From: an uncultured Gammaproteobacteria bacterium
GTDB lineage: Bacteria; Pseudomonadota; Gammaproteobacteria; JABCZS01
Direction of reading: 5' to 3'
DNA length: 64,000 nt
Assembly: GCA_963848305.1 (NCBI GenBank)
Contig: CAWKDC010000003.1
Span: 160,001-224,000 of the forward strand
Part shown: piece after piece, positions 24,760 to 36,012 of the stretch
Position numbering within the stretch: position 1 is the first letter of the stretch
Layout: each line of letters opens with the position of its first letter
Made by a program: the position numbers and the translations under genes
Notes under the pieces: model-generated
Told to the model about the DNA's origin: nothing
Database searches by the model: none
What the model saw: only the letters and a program-made list of their open reading frames with translations

Positions 24760-25521
24760 TCAAATAATGCAGCATCCTAATGTGAACGCCACATCCTCTT
24801 GCTTCGGTATCGCGTGCAATTCCGGGCCTTGCGTGAGAAAACGTACGCTGACTCTATGTTTGCCGCCACTGATCTCAGGGAAAACATCATGATTTTTCAA
24901 TTTGATGCGGATCATTTGGCAAGGCGTGTGCGTTTCGAGCATTTTCTGAAAATAACCCGCAGTCGCAACGGCTTCTTCTTCATACGCGCTGTGTCGGATG
25001 ATATTGAGCAGCAGGGTGACAGTGGTTTCGATGGGAAAGAAATGCTCATACCATGTTTCGAGTGATACATGCCGATGCTTGGCAGGTTGGCTTAGCCAGA
25101 AATGGAATGCCGGGACATCAAAGCTGCACGTGCCGCCAGGAATGGAAAGCCTTGGGCGCACAATATTCAGCAATTCATTGTTGCGCAAACCATCGCCGAG
25201 ACGGCCGGTAGTTTGGCGCAAAGTGGTTGAGTGTTCCTTTAACATGCTCAGCAGATTGTCCAATGTTTTTTGATTCACGTCAGGTTTTTCTTTGAGTTTG
25301 TTCAATACGCCGGAGAGGCGATCGATTTCTTTAAAAAATTCTGTTTTGAGATCGGCGCGTTCAAGCAAGCTCAGGACTTCAATTATCCCAGCAATGGCTT
25401 GTCTATGCCAGGCGCTGTCATTATCGAGCGCTTGACGCGTTTGGCTGAATAAATGTTCAAGACGCAGCAAAGTGCGCATACGTTCATTCAGCGGTTGTTC
25501 ATATATGATATGGTTTGGCAT
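24760..25521 (-). CDS. zapD: Cell division protein ZapD
   Basis: YEQPLNERMRTLLRLE, IPGGTCSFD.P, FPEISG.K.R. Confidence 0.93.
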   Translation of the reverse strand: MPNHIIYEQPLNERMRTLLRLEHLFSQTRQALDNDSAWHRQAIAGIIEVLSLLERADLKTEFFKEIDRLSGVLNKLKEKPDVNQKTLDNLLSMLKEHSTTLRQTTGRLGDGLRNNELLNIVRPRLSIPGGTCSFDVPAFHFWLSQPAKHRHVSLETWYEHFFPIETTVTLLLNIIRHSAYEEEAVATAGYFQKMLETHTPCQMIRIKLKNHDVFPEISGGKHRVSVRFLTQGPELHAIPKQEDVAFTLGCCII

Positions 25522-25547
25522 GATGGATGAAGTATAGCAGGTCTATT

Positions 25548-25573
25548 GTAGGGGCGCAGCATGCTGCGCCCTA
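25548..25573 (+). repeat. REP-like palindrome
   Basis: GTAGGGGCGCAGCATGCTGCGCCCTA. Confidence 0.7.
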
Positions 25574-25591
25574 ATTTTAAATGCCCCGCAT

Positions 25592-26752
25592 CTAGATCAG
25601 CAGCCCAGTCACTGCCACCCAAACGCCAAATCCCATCACCAATATAGGCAAGAACTTGCCGCAGACTTTCAACTTGATGGCCATGAGTGGCGGGAGGATG
25701 AATGCCATGATGGCGAGAAACACGCCGCCAAATGCCAACAGACGAATAAACCCATCAGGATACAAGATCGCGGCCAACAAGGGCAGGCCAAATGTCAATA
25801 GCCCTATCACTTTGCGTTGTCGAAAAAAGGCAGATTGTGATGACAAGCTGTCACTTAAAAAATCAAACAGGCCGAGTGTGACGCCCAAAAATGAGGTGAC
25901 GAGGGCGATGGGGGCGAGTGTTTGAATCACATAATTTAGAACCGGCTGATCGAGACGCGCAACCCACAGCGCAATGAACGGTTCAACGTCAGGTGTGGTG
26001 AGGGTGGCGAAACTGTTCGGCCCTGTGCGGGGAATAACCCCAAGCGTGATCACGACCCAGAAAATATACGCGAAGAGGGGGATCAGGCTTCCCCAGAGTA
26101 ATGCTTGTTTCAGCGATGTTTCATCATACTGCATATACTGGGCCAAAGACGGAATAATATGATGGTAACCGAAAGAAACGAATAACACAGGCACGGCAAG
26201 CCATAACCCTGTCCAGGCCGGCGCACCTTCTATGGCGAGTGTGGCGTTGACGTGAGGGGTGCACAGCGCAATCATGACAATGAATAAGAGCGCTTTGATC
26301 CCCATCAATACACGGTTCAGTGTATCCGTTGCACGGGTGCTCACGACGATGAAGGCGCCCAATACGACAGTGAATAACAATTCCAATAGCCCTGTAGGCG
26401 CCACATAGCCTTGTGACAATAACAGAGATCTCAGCAGCGAGCTGCCGCCCGTGATATACGCGACGGTCAGTGAGAATAGCAATCCGAGAACACAAGCGCG
26501 CGCAACCCATTGACCCGGTTTGCCCAAGGTGAGCAATGCCATGCGGTTGATGTGCAGATCCGTTTTCGGCAATGCCATGGTGACAGTCAATAAGATACGC
26601 CCCGCCAATAAACTGAACAACCACATCAGCCCCAGCAGCCCCAAGGTGATAGGCACGCCTAACGACGCGGTAGCGAGGGGAATCCCAAGCATCCCTGCAC
26701 CTATTGCAGTGCCGGTGATGAGCAGGGCGGATCCAACCATTTTTGAGCTCAT
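25592..26752 (-). CDS. Aromatic amino acid permease (TyrP/Mtr, HAAAP family)
   Basis: GTAIGAGMLGIP, SFGYH.IIPSL, TSFLGV.LGLFD; many TM segments. Confidence 0.9.
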   Translation of the reverse strand: MSSKMVGSALLITGTAIGAGMLGIPLATASLGVPITLGLLGLMWLFSLLAGRILLTVTMALPKTDLHINRMALLTLGKPGQWVARACVLGLLFSLTVAYITGGSSLLRSLLLSQGYVAPTGLLELLFTVVLGAFIVVSTRATDTLNRVLMGIKALLFIVMIALCTPHVNATLAIEGAPAWTGLWLAVPVLFVSFGYHHIIPSLAQYMQYDETSLKQALLWGSLIPLFAYIFWVVITLGVIPRTGPNSFATLTTPDVEPFIALWVARLDQPVLNYVIQTLAPIALVTSFLGVTLGLFDFLSDSLSSQSAFFRQRKVIGLLTFGLPLLAAILYPDGFIRLLAFGGVFLAIMAFILPPLMAIKLKVCGKFLPILVMGFGVWVAVTGLLI

Positions 26753-26765
26753 GCTATACATCCTG

Positions 26766-27977
26766 TTATGACCAAACGGGGAGTAAATTCAATTGACGTA
26801 ATATTTCAATGGTGATGAACACACCGCCCATCAGTAGTACGACAATGATCGTCAGTGTACCCCCAAATACTTGGTAGGGGGAAGACAGCGCTGGGTTTTT
26901 GCGGCGAGCATAAGCCATCAGCGCGGGTACAATCATTAAAATAATCGCCACGAAAATAGATGCGATGCTGAGTAATGCAATAAAGCCTTCGGGGTAAACA
27001 ATCACAAATATGAGCGGGGGAACAAATGTCAGCAGTGTCGTGCGCAGACGATGGGGCGTTTTATCTTTGGCATCTTGCAGGCAATCGAACAGGCCTAAAC
27101 TCACGCCCAAGAAAGAAGTGATCATCGCTAAATTCGCAAAAGCGTTGATCACACCGTTGAGCCAAGGGGCTGGGCGTGCATGGCTGATCGCAATCATCAG
27201 GGAAGACAGGGATCCATCATTTTGTGCAAGCGCTTTGAAACCCATCTCGCCTTCATAAGGCACGGTGCCCAATAATGCGGCGAGCCAAAAGATGTAAATC
27301 AGTAACGGCAACAAACTAGCACAGCATAAGACTGTTTTGAGTGAGGAGACATCGTATTTTAAATAAGGGGCAAGTGAGGGGATCACGATGTGAAACCCGA
27401 ATGCCGTTAAGACCACCGGCAGTGCAGTCAAGGTATAGGTAGGTTCAAATTGGGTGAAGAGGGGGGCCACATCAATTTGAGGCAGGAAAAATGCAAAAAT
27501 CAGGCCGAGCAGGATCAACTTGATGGAGAAGAAACTGCGGTTCAATAAATCCACGGCACGTGTGCCAAAAGCCACGGTGCCTCCCAAAATCGCCGTGAAA
27601 ATCAGTTCGTTCAGCCATGTGGGTGGGGCTTTGCCGAAGGCAAGCGTGCAGATGGCTTCAAATAAAGAGCCGCCGCCTGTGATATAGGCTGAAATCAGGA
27701 TATATAAGAGCATCACAAATGACACGTAGGTCATGATCTTGCCGGGTTTACCCAGGGTGGCCTGTGCCATAGAGGGGTAGCTGTTGTTTGGGGCTTTAAA
27801 CGCCAGATTGACTTCTAATGTTAGCAAGGCTGATACAAACATCCCCGCCCATAAGACAATGAACATCATCGTAGAGGGGATGAACCCCGGGCCGGCAGCC
27901 ACCAGCGGAAATGCCAGCATGCCTGCCCCAATGGCGGTGCCAGCGGCAATGAGTGTTGACCCGATGATTTTGTTCAT
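26766..27977 (-). CDS. Aromatic amino acid permease (TyrP/Mtr, HAAAP family), tandem paralogue
   Basis: GTAIGAGMLAFP, AFGFH.VIPSL, TSFLGVSLGLFD. Confidence 0.9.
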   Translation of the reverse strand: MNKIIGSTLIAAGTAIGAGMLAFPLVAAGPGFIPSTMMFIVLWAGMFVSALLTLEVNLAFKAPNNSYPSMAQATLGKPGKIMTYVSFVMLLYILISAYITGGGSLFEAICTLAFGKAPPTWLNELIFTAILGGTVAFGTRAVDLLNRSFFSIKLILLGLIFAFFLPQIDVAPLFTQFEPTYTLTALPVVLTAFGFHIVIPSLAPYLKYDVSSLKTVLCCASLLPLLIYIFWLAALLGTVPYEGEMGFKALAQNDGSLSSLMIAISHARPAPWLNGVINAFANLAMITSFLGVSLGLFDCLQDAKDKTPHRLRTTLLTFVPPLIFVIVYPEGFIALLSIASIFVAIILMIVPALMAYARRKNPALSSPYQVFGGTLTIIVVLLMGGVFITIEILRQLNLLPVWS

Positions 27978-28089
27978 GATATTCCCCAACAATAAAAACC
28001 ATTCTACCATGATTCATCTTGCTTGTAGGTCATTGTATCTCAGAGTAACATGACTATAATTGAATGAGGTTAATGAACAAGAGGTTACC

Positions 28090-30441
28090 ATGACAACACC
28101 AGATCCCCTGACAGCAATGACCCCTGCCCAGCGCTACGAAGCAGTAGGGCGACACTATGGAGATTCTGAGCACTCTACCGTTTTTCGGCGCCTTAGACAT
28201 CAACGCAACCTGATCACAATGAGCGATGCACTTCACGTCACGCCTGATGCAGACTCAGACCAGCTGATAAGAATCAAAACTGCATTAAAAGATTTAACAC
28301 AAATCCCGGGTTGGGCTACAAAATCATTCGAAGAACAGTGTCCCTTCATTCAAGACAGATTGGCTGCTTATGGCATTTATCTCTCACCCGGTCAAGTCGT
28401 GAATTATTTCAAAGATCCAAATGACAGCACGAAATTAAACGCTCTATTGCTACAACCCTTAACAGTTCCCCCAGCTGCTTTAACAGCTGCCGACAATGCG
28501 CGTCATAAATTGCTGTTTCAAATCTTGCATGATGCCATCGTTGAAGATTTAAAAACAAAAGATCAAACCCTCAAGAACAAACCAGCCTCCACTGTGGCCA
28601 AACTCAATGTCTGTCTGGAACGTGTGAAAAAAGCGCTTCAACAGATTAATGATGCCGACGGTACCCCAGCGCATCCTTATAAATCGTTGAATGATCTTTA
28701 CCTCATCCTCAAAACCACGACTGGGGATAAAGACAATCAAGCCAAAGAATGGGATGTGTTGTTTGCTGAGATGAAGCTAGATCAAAAGGGCAAGAACGTC
28801 GAACGTAACGCCTATGTCGCAGCAGAATATTATCGTCTGGCGGAGAACCATGGTTTGCGTGAATTGGGTGGCGATTCATTATTTGTCAAGCAAGCGGGCA
28901 CGGAACTGGGTGCTCCTGCTACCCTCCGTCGCGTGCATGATGCCAAGACGCGTCGAGGCGCTGATACCCTGCAATCCATTGAAGGGCATAAAAGGGTGAT
29001 TTCTTATGTCAATTTGCCGTACACGTCTGAAGTCCTGGCAAGGATCATCAATGAGTCTCTCACCCTGGATACTTTTGCGGCCGCAGAAAAAGGTATTGGC
29101 GGTAAGCCCAACCCCTTTTTCAAACTGCCTAAATTTAAAATTGGCGACAGCGATAAAATCTATATGTATGCTGTGAAATTGGACGGTGACGAATTAAAAT
29201 GGTTCAAGCAAGAACTCGTTGAATCTGAGCCTAAAACAAACCCTCCCACTTATTCCAAACAAGGCAACCCTAGCTTGTTGAGTCAATCGCAGATAAGGTT
29301 GATCAAAAACGTTGATGGTTCCGCCATGGCAGAAGATTTTTTTGATCAAGTGCTCAAGGCGCAAGATGAACTGATCAAAGCCTACGATTTTAACGTGAAA
29401 TCAGATACGGGCATGACCAATGCATCATTGGTCGGTGATGCTGAGCCCATGGTGTTTGAATTTTCAGATGCCAGATTGAGTTCTGCTGCTCCCGAACCTG
29501 CCCCTGCCCTTTCAGATGAAGACAAGCATGCACACCTTGCCGCTGTTTGGGGTGTGATGCTTGAGAAAGTGCTGAAGATCGAGGCCACAGAATTTGATGC
29601 GTTTCGAGATGCGGTTGTTGCATTGATTGACGGGGAAAATGTACGCATGGGCTCTCCTCCAGCGCCAGCCCTCCTTGACAGATTGTCGTCCGCAGTTGGG
29701 GATGAACAGTCATTATTAGAAGAGATTGTTGAGAATATACGTAACGCTCTAAACGATGCAAAAGGTTCGCGCCTCATGCCTGCGGAAATAGCCATTTTGA
29801 ATGCGCTCGTTGCTCAATATGACACATCCAGGCCTACTGACCGCGCTTCATTCAACACAATGCTGACGACAAACAATATTGAATTGGACAAGGCAGTTCC
29901 TCCAGGGCTAGAAAGAGCATTATTCAGAGCGCAGTCGCATCGTATTGCTGATCGTGAGCCCCTCACGCTATTCGGTCATGCCGAGGCTTCAGATGCCTTC
30001 CGTTTCAATGTGTTGACAAGCATGGGAAATGATTATCTTACTTATGGCTTCGCAAAATATGTCAATGCAGCTGGTACCAATCCCATTGTGATTGAAATCG
30101 ATGGTCAACAATATGCTTTCAAGCCAACAGAAACAAGTGGGGGTAACAACAGTTATGCAGTGTATACATGGAATAGTGATGGCAGTGAGGGCGGTATTTA
30201 TATCCCTGAGAACAAGGAAAAAGAACTAGCATTCCGCGCAGGTTTGGCGCAATGCCTATTGAAGAAGGCGAAAGAGGCGCTCCCGGCAACATCGACGGCT
30301 GAACGTGATGCACTGGACAAAGTAAAAATCCTCATGAGTGGCAAGAATGACAAGGGAGAGCCCTCGGTGGTGAGACATGAGTGGAATAAGCCACTCAGCG
30401 AAGCAGACAAGACTTCAAGTAAGCTTAAACCTGGCAGCTAA
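28090..30441 (+). CDS. Large soluble hypothetical protein (783 aa), candidate effector
   Basis: Long ORF, GAGGT RBS, TATAAT at 28055; no recognised motif. Confidence 0.7.
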   Translation: MTTPDPLTAMTPAQRYEAVGRHYGDSEHSTVFRRLRHQRNLITMSDALHVTPDADSDQLIRIKTALKDLTQIPGWATKSFEEQCPFIQDRLAAYGIYLSPGQVVNYFKDPNDSTKLNALLLQPLTVPPAALTAADNARHKLLFQILHDAIVEDLKTKDQTLKNKPASTVAKLNVCLERVKKALQQINDADGTPAHPYKSLNDLYLILKTTTGDKDNQAKEWDVLFAEMKLDQKGKNVERNAYVAAEYYRLAENHGLRELGGDSLFVKQAGTELGAPATLRRVHDAKTRRGADTLQSIEGHKRVISYVNLPYTSEVLARIINESLTLDTFAAAEKGIGGKPNPFFKLPKFKIGDSDKIYMYAVKLDGDELKWFKQELVESEPKTNPPTYSKQGNPSLLSQSQIRLIKNVDGSAMAEDFFDQVLKAQDELIKAYDFNVKSDTGMTNASLVGDAEPMVFEFSDARLSSAAPEPAPALSDEDKHAHLAAVWGVMLEKVLKIEATEFDAFRDAVVALIDGENVRMGSPPAPALLDRLSSAVGDEQSLLEEIVENIRNALNDAKGSRLMPAEIAILNALVAQYDTSRPTDRASFNTMLTTNNIELDKAVPPGLERALFRAQSHRIADREPLTLFGHAEASDAFRFNVLTSMGNDYLTYGFAKYVNAAGTNPIVIEIDGQQYAFKPTETSGGNNSYAVYTWNSDGSEGGIYIPENKEKELAFRAGLAQCLLKKAKEALPATSTAERDALDKVKILMSGKNDKGEPSVVRHEWNKPLSEADKTSSKLKPGS

Positions 30442-31279
30442 TAGCACATACATTGCCACACTGATCGTCAATCCCAGCACCGCATTGCCTTTAAAAAATG
30501 CCAGCGGTGAACGGGTGATCCATTGTTTCAATACCCATGGGTATAAAACGAAACACAGTATTGCGCCTATCAACCCCGCATAAAGGGTGGAAGTATGTGC
30601 CCCGGCAATCCCTAATAATACAAAGAAACCTGCATATCCTACACATAATGCAATATCCAGATATCGTCCCAAACTCAATGCGCTCGAACGCAGACCAATG
30701 CGTTGATCATCTTTTTGATCGGCCAATGCATACACGGTATCGTACGTGAAGTGTCCACACCACGCTCGCGAGATACAACGCAAAAGCGCGGGAAGACAAT
30801 GCGCCCGCTTGCGCGAACACCATCAAGACACCCATGTTGAAAGTGATGCCCAATATTAATTGAGGATAAGCAAAAAAGCGTTTGGTGAGGGGATACAATA
30901 CCGTTAATGCAGCGGCGAACAGTGCTAAACAACGCGCAGGATTGTTCAGGAAAAACAGCAATCCCAATAAACACACAGTTAAGATCAATAAAGCGCCATA
31001 TGCCTCAGTCACTGACACTGCACCTGTGACGAGTGGCCGTTGTTTCGTGCGTTCAACATGCCCATCAAACCCTCGATCACACAGATCATTGATGATGCAA
31101 CCCGCAGCGCGCGTCAACACCACACCAAGTGTGAATACGATGACCATCAAAATGGGGGGATGGCCTTGATACGCTAAGAGCAATGCCCATGACACAGGAA
31201 AAAATAATAAGAGCGTGCCGATCGGTTTATCAAACCGCATGAGTTGCCAATATGCGATGAATTTAGGTTGGGTCAGCAT
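30415..31279 (-). CDS. ubiA: 4-hydroxybenzoate polyprenyltransferase, frameshift near 30748
   Basis: LMRFDKPIG, AGCIINDLCDR..D..V.RT..RPL, then YDTVYA..D..DD..IG..S.A in the next frame. Confidence 0.92.
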
Positions 31280-31706
31280 GCAAAAAAATCTCCACGATAG
31301 ATATTCGTTCACCTTCAACGTCGTACACCCTTTCGCGTGCGGGAGTAATGGGCGGGAAGGGCAGGGGCGGTAATGTCAATGTAAGCGTATTCAGATCGCG
31401 CAAATTAAAACTGATTGCCTCGTGATGCGTCTGTTGAAACAACCAATCTCCCAATGGCTGATCACCCAGCGTGGCCAACCCAGGCAGACGCTTGTAGCTC
31501 TCGCTGCTCATGCGTGTTCGGGCAAAGACAATGGGCACGTCATCCCCCAGCATCAAGACTTCCCTGACCCAATCACCGTTTTGATGGGTTTCAGACAAAC
31601 GCTGAATTTGGACAGATGAGTAAGATTGACGCAGGGCCGCGGTTAAAGATCCTTCTACGGCCAGGAGTGCTTGAATCTTGGGCGCAAGAGTGCCATCATG
31701 CGTCAT
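31263..31706 (-). CDS. ubiC: Chorismate pyruvate-lyase
   Basis: GSLT..L, WVREV.M, VFART, LG..PLG..LF, I.EIFL; directly upstream of ubiA. Confidence 0.85.
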   Translation of the reverse strand: MTHDGTLAPKIQALLAVEGSLTAALRQSYSSVQIQRLSETHQNGDWVREVLMLGDDVPIVFARTRMSSESYKRLPGLATLGDQPLGDWLFQQTHHEAISFNLRDLNTLTLTLPPLPFPPITPARERVYDVEGERISIVEIFLHADPT

Positions 31707-31726
31707 CGCAAGAGGAGAAGCGGGAC

Positions 31727-32683
31727 ATGGCATCACACAGTTCTTTGGCATTGTTGCGGGTACTCGCTGATGGAGAGTTTCATTCCGGGGCATCCCTGGC
31801 TGCCCAGTTTAACATGACTCGCGCAGGGGTTCATCACCATATTGATGTGTTACGTGGACAGGGCGTGCCTTTTGAAGGCGTTCCCAAAAAAGGGTACCGT
31901 ATTCCAGGCGGTATGTCGTTATTGGATGAAGCGGGATTGGCTGAAAGCTTGCCCGGTATCGATATTCATTATCATGACACACTTCCTTCAACCCAAGACT
32001 ACCTACTGCCCATCGCCCGTCAAAAACCGACGCATCCGATATTATGTGTCACTGAATGTCAAACAAAAGGCCGTGGCCGAGGGAGCAAATCTTGGCACGC
32101 ACCATTAGGCGCTGCGTTGTGTTTTTCGATCTGCGTGGTGATTAACAAACCCATGCAGGCGTTAAGTGGTTTCACGCTGGCACTGGGTGTGGCGTTGCGT
32201 GAATCGTTGGCTGAACTGGGCGCGACTGATTTGCAGTTAAAATGGCCGAATGATCTGTTCCATGCATCCGGCGCAAAACTCGCGGGAATTTTAACGGAAG
32301 CCTTCGGCGACATGGACGGTCCGACGCGCATGGTGATTGGCATTGGGTTGAATGTGAAAGTGCCCGCAGTGCATATGTCCATGCTCGATCAACCTTGGAC
32401 TGATCTGCAATCGTGTATGACCGATTCGGTTTTATCACGTCAATCGCTGTTGATACACATCACACAGTCGTTATTGGCGGCATGTGATCGATATGAACGT
32501 GAAGGCTTTGAACCGTTTCGGTGTCTTTACAATCAGCATGATTATTTGAAAGGAAAAACGATTGGGTTTCAGGAGCAGGATGTATTGATGAAAGCAGTCG
32601 TTCAAGGCGTTGGCGAATCAGGCGAATTGTTGATTGATCGGCCGCCATTTAAGCTGATAGGAACAGCAGTCAAAGTAATCTAG
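31727..32683 (+). CDS. birA: Bifunctional biotin ligase / repressor
   Basis: N-terminal HTH (LADGEFHSG), Q..GRGR, LKWPND, KLAGIL.E, GIGLN. Confidence 0.93.
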   Translation: MASHSSLALLRVLADGEFHSGASLAAQFNMTRAGVHHHIDVLRGQGVPFEGVPKKGYRIPGGMSLLDEAGLAESLPGIDIHYHDTLPSTQDYLLPIARQKPTHPILCVTECQTKGRGRGSKSWHAPLGAALCFSICVVINKPMQALSGFTLALGVALRESLAELGATDLQLKWPNDLFHASGAKLAGILTEAFGDMDGPTRMVIGIGLNVKVPAVHMSMLDQPWTDLQSCMTDSVLSRQSLLIHITQSLLAACDRYEREGFEPFRCLYNQHDYLKGKTIGFQEQDVLMKAVVQGVGESGELLIDRPPFKLIGTAVKVI

Positions 32684-32700
32684 TATAGGCGCTGGGGTTG

Positions 32701-33780
32701 TTACTTCGTACCAGCTTCTATCTTATTATATCGCACCGTCTCAATCTCCCCCCTCGACCACAACAACTTCGCCGATTGTTTAAACTCATTTCGGCACCGA
32801 TACGCCTCATATGCTGTTGCCAACACAAATCCCATCAGAACCAACGTAACGCCTGCAGAGGGTTCAAAGCGCTCCATATCAGGACTCAAAAAATAAGTTT
32901 TATCGGGATTGTTTAAAATCATCGCGAACCCTGTGATCAACAGGGCGCTCGCGCTGATGTAGGGCAGTGCTGAAGGTTGATTGGGATCTATCTTTGGAAG
33001 ATGGTTTTGTTTGTGCTGCATCCGCCTCTGTCCTTCAAACGACAATCGATCCAGCATCGTCACCGTAACCCATTCCGGCCATCGTGACAATGCCCGTGCC
33101 GACAGACGGATCCCATCATTCAGAATAGGAATCATGTTGGATACAATCAATAAGAGAGCACCCAACATCAGCCCGCCCTCAACAGTGCGTGTCGGATCAA
33201 AAAAGAGAAACCATAACCCTATGGTCACGCCTGTCATCGTCACGCCATACATCAAATTTTTGACGGCTTTTTCTGGAGGTTGTTTTTGAACATCGGTTGT
33301 TTTGTGTTCATTGATAAAAATCTTCAAGAAATATCGCACAGCCGTGGGCGCCACAACACCCCATAAAAACAATTCTTGGCCGAGCGACAACCAATGTGCC
33401 AAGTCAAGCCCTAGTGGTGTGGGTGCCAGCGCAGCGTTTCCCAAGTGTTCGGCCAGCAATACGGTGCCCAAGATCAGCGCCAATGAGGCAGCAATATTGG
33501 CAATCATTTTGAGTCCATAAAAGATTTTATTCAAGGTCTTTTTGTGGAAATAAAGACTGCCGAATCTGAAAACGATTCGTGCATCCTCTCGCTGTCTCTG
33601 TTTATCCGCAAAATACCACCAACATCGTCCAATATCGATCAGCGTGATGAATAAAAAGAAGAAATGGGCATATTCTCCCACAAACGGAGCCAGGGCTGCT
33701 AACGGCACAAAGAAACGGAAAAAGGCAGTTTCTGACAGCCCGAGTACAGTTTTAATAGGTTTTAAATGCTCAACTGCCAT
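32701..33780 (-). CDS. Hypothetical multi-pass membrane protein (359 aa)
   Basis: Long ORF with many hydrophobic segments; no recognised family. Confidence 0.6.
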   Translation of the reverse strand: MAVEHLKPIKTVLGLSETAFFRFFVPLAALAPFVGEYAHFFFLFITLIDIGRCWWYFADKQRQREDARIVFRFGSLYFHKKTLNKIFYGLKMIANIAASLALILGTVLLAEHLGNAALAPTPLGLDLAHWLSLGQELFLWGVVAPTAVRYFLKIFINEHKTTDVQKQPPEKAVKNLMYGVTMTGVTIGLWFLFFDPTRTVEGGLMLGALLLIVSNMIPILNDGIRLSARALSRWPEWVTVTMLDRLSFEGQRRMQHKQNHLPKIDPNQPSALPYISASALLITGFAMILNNPDKTYFLSPDMERFEPSAGVTLVLMGFVLATAYEAYRCRNEFKQSAKLLWSRGEIETVRYNKIEAGTK

Positions 33781-33793
33781 TCATGGATTCCTG

Positions 33794-34280
33794 TTACTTC
33801 GTGATAACGCCACATGCTATTCTTGCGCCGCCACCACCCAGTGGTTTGGGTGTGTCATGGTAGTTGTCCCCACCGGCGTGGATCATCAAGGCATGGCCAC
33901 TGACATCAGCCACTTTTAAGCGGGGAGAGAGAAGAGGGAGGGTCGCTTTGCCATCTGCATCCACGATGAGCACGGGCAAATCACCCAGGTGGCCGTTACC
34001 ATAAGGGCCAGCATGAATGCCGGTGTGGGCTGGGTCAAGGTGTGCGCCAGCACCATTGGCATGCGTCCGCGCAAGAGGGCATGGCATGAATATGGAAGCC
34101 ATGTACGCCGGCGGGCAGCCCTGTTAACTGGGGGGTGATGAGGATGCCGCCGAGTGGGCTGTCTTCCATCGCCACTTGACCCATGGGCTTTCCGTTTTCA
34201 GCGCTGGCCAGATTGACAGTGACATGGTCAGCCAGTGCGATGGTAGGCAACAGTAGGGCGATCATCAGGGATTTTTGCAT
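33794..34280 (-). CDS. sodC: Cu/Zn superoxide dismutase, frameshift near 34065
   Basis: Signal peptide, [31 protein letters not shown]...[11 protein letters not shown]. Confidence 0.93.
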
Positions 34281-34325
34281 GAGTGGACTCCTTCCAATGG
34301 CCTTAAAGCATACCACTTTCACTGT

Positions 34326-35883
34326 TTATTGGCTAGCAGGAAGCACTGCATTGACCGCGGCCCTTGCATCTAATGCGTAGGTGTTTGTCGTGCATCCGCT
34401 TTCATTACAATGATTATAGGTATCGGCCGATCCTTGCAAACTGTTCACGATACTATTAAATGTATAGCTTGTGCTGTTATGCTTTAAAACGCTTATCATA
34501 TTGGCCACGGCAGCAGTCACGTGGGGTGTGGCCATAGATGTGCCTTGGTAATACACCCAGGCGCTTTTGCCTCTTTGTGCAGGAGATTGAAATGCTTGAA
34601 GCGAAGACCAAATGGTTGAGTAGACTTGACCATTGGGATTATAAATGGTGCTGTCTCCGCCTGATGCTGCAATGGTGGTTGGACCGAAAGTTACTGTAGA
34701 ACGCGAGTTGGTTCGTTGGGCCTTTGGCTGCCACCGAAATGATATTTTCACAACCTGCAGGTGAGAAATCTGCAACACTGGAATCAGAGTTCCCGGCCGC
34801 GGCGACCACGATGCCGCCTGCTGCAATCACGGCATTGATGGTTTGTTGAAAAACGGTATTGTGACAAGATTCTGCAGCACCCAAACTCATGTTCAATACT
34901 TGTGCAGGATATGCGTTGACGGGCACAGTTTGTTGGGGTGTACTGATATTAATTCCTACCGCCCACAACATCCCATTCACGACATCCGATAGATATCCAC
35001 CGCATTTACCGAGTACGCGGACAGGCACTATTTTAGCGCCATATGCACCGCCCGACATATATAGCGGTGTTGATGAAGCGTACCCATTTCCAGCAATCAG
35101 GCCCGTGACATGTGAACCGTGCCAGCTGGAATTTTCTACCGGGCAACCACTGAAAAATCCCCTTGAGTTCCGAATATCAGATGGTGAGATAAAATCGCCT
35201 AAGTCTAACGCATTGGCTTGATAGTTAATAGCGGCTTTTTTAGTAGATGTAGACGCTGCACAACTGCCTGCGATTCGGCAATCTGAAATGATTTGATAAC
35301 CGTATTGCGTGCCATCGGGTGTCAAAGGTTGTAGTGCAGTCACAATATTGGTGTTCGGTGTATAGCCCGTATCGATCACGGCAACAACCACGCCCTCTCC
35401 TGGTATAAGGCTATTTTCATTGAGTAACTCCCAAGCATTCACGAAATTATCGCCACCCCAATTGGCTCCTGTTCTGGGGGGTGTATAACTTCCGATGGCA
35501 TCCATATCCCATTGTGCACGATTGATTTGGTTGACAGCAGTGGCCTGGGTTTGCAGCATGATATCTTCTGTAAAATAGACAACATCAGCGGATTGTTGTA
35601 CTTGCTCAATAAATTGTGCTGTGTTTTCATGGGATAAGTTTTGATCCAGCACAATCACATGTGCACCAATGGCGAGTGGCCATAATTCTGTGGCATTAAC
35701 AGTCCTGCCAGAGACTTGTGTTGCTGTTTGAGACAGTGTATCGATCCAGTCGAGGGGTAAAGAGGCCATCATGCCGTTTTGGGATTTTTGTGGTGAGGTG
35801 GTACTGATGATAAAACGTTCAGCCGCAAATGCATGCGTTGCAAGCAAAGCACACAATAAAATTGGGCACAGTCTTGTCATCAT
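34326..35883 (-). CDS. Secreted subtilisin-like S8 serine protease, frameshift near 34688
   Basis: GGAGG RBS, signal peptide, prodomain; triad VAVIDTG / HGSHVTG / GTSMATPHV; AAGN. Confidence 0.9.
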
Positions 35884-36012
35884 AACCTCCATGTCTGTCA
35901 GTACCGAAAGTGTAGCATATTGCGATGTGGTGAGTGGGATCTTCGTTCCCTTATAGGGGCGTCTACATGGGAGGCTCTGTGCCTGATGCCTCTTCGAGGC
36001 TGAAAAGTCGCA

